Source of the DNA: Octopus vulgaris | Taxonomy: Eukaryota | DNA: 64,000 nucleotides | Assembly: GCA_951406725.2 (NCBI GenBank) | Contig: OX597842.1 | Location: forward strand, 3,472,001-3,536,000 | Reading direction: 5' to 3' | In this document: in pieces, positions 63,093-64,000 of the stretch | Position numbering within the stretch: the first letter of the stretch is position 1 | How the letters are laid out: the number at the start of each line of letters is the position of its first letter | Notes under the pieces: generated by a model | Databases searched by the model: none | Told to the model about the DNA's origin: nothing | What the model saw: the letters and a program-made list of their open reading frames with translations, nothing else | Made by a program: the position numbers and the translations under genes

Positions 63093-63187
63093 GGCCTGAT
63101 GATTGGGGTTATATTTTAAGAATGGTTCCAGCAACATGCGGTGTGGTTAAGGAACCGGGAAATGTACCTCAAGAAACACGTGTAGCC
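63093..63187 (+). ncRNA. Type I hammerhead ribozyme, intact core, long stem II
   Basis: GGC-CTGATGA-TTGGGG T TATATTT...GGTTCC...GGAACC...AAATGTA CCTCAA-GAAA-CACGTG-TA-GCC. Confidence 0.8.
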
Positions 63188-63259
63188 AAGTTATAAGTAG
63201 TAAGTATTTAAATTTAAATTCTTTTATATGGTGGGATGAAGGGACCTACTATCTCTAAA

Positions 63260-63315
<56 letters not shown>

Positions 63316-63369
63316 CATATATATAATACATATACATATATGAATGTACACTGTATTATATATATAAAT

Positions 63370-63995
63370 ATAATACAGTTTACATTTAATCACATTAAGA
63401 TATATTATTCATAGGACTCCCTTACACTAGAAGGAACAGCTAAAGTCCAAACCGCTAATTAGGGATAAAATCTCGACGGGAATGAAAAATAAAAACATTT
63501 ACCATCTATTTCCTGGACCATGGTTTGACATTTTTTTAGCAAATAAAATAATTTGCCAGGCGAAGTCTTCATCAACAGGTATGCCAAGATTAAACATATA
63601 AGTATGAGGTGAATCCAGCATGTGCCTCTTGCTTATACATTTTAATTTTTCATTCCCTTCGAGATTGTATCCCTAATTAGTGGTTTGACCTTTAGCTGTT
63701 CCTTCTAAGGGAGTCCTATGATGGACACCTCATAATGTGTTTAAATGTACTCTGTATTTTATATGAATAATATATAGTATATTGACTAATTTTTCTATAC
63801 GCTAGGCACTGGTAATAAAAATTTCTAAAATCTTTATTACCCTGATATTATTAATTATGTATAATGATTTCTGGAAAATCTTTCGAAGAAATTGCCGGCA
63901 TATTTTTTGCTGACGACAAAAAACTGCGCTTACGCGGTGGATTTCAAAAATTAGAATGTATAAGCAAGAGGCACATGCTGGATTCGCTTCGTACA
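63370..63995. mobile_element. Nested inverted Penelope-like pLTR fragments with degenerate hammerhead
   Basis: About 63370-63495 is inverted relative to about 63640-63765; about 63600-63650 is inverted relative to about 63945-63995; minus strand 63510-63580 reads CCTG-TTGATGA-AGAC...GTC-AAA-CCATGG-TC-CAGG. Confidence 0.75.
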
Positions 63996-64000
63996 TACAT

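Overview
AT-rich, microsatellite-saturated eukaryotic DNA. The repeat content (tRNA-derived SINEs, Dong/R4, RTE, CR1/L2 and Penelope-like relics) suggests a coleoid cephalopod, probably an octopus; this is an inference. There is no intact protein-coding gene, and nearly all ORF-track entries are microsatellite translations. The window contains: (i) dozens of SINE copies from about four families with exchangeable heads and tails; (ii) three 5'-truncated R4/Dong-type LINEs and an unclassified 557-bp non-coding element, all inside (TAA)n; (iii) a CR1/L2-type 3' end that shares its terminal motif with the commonest SINE; (iv) hAT and Tc1/mariner relics and a foldback MITE; (v) a 146-bp tandem array and a 2.3-kb (TAA)n; (vi) about 15 type-I hammerhead-ribozyme-like motifs in Penelope-like pieces. 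Two of these have intact cores and long stem II insertions, and one tandem pair resembles a retrozyme. A few splice and YY1 signals hint at 5' exons of a minus-strand host gene (low confidence). Coordinates were read by eye and may be off by a few bases.
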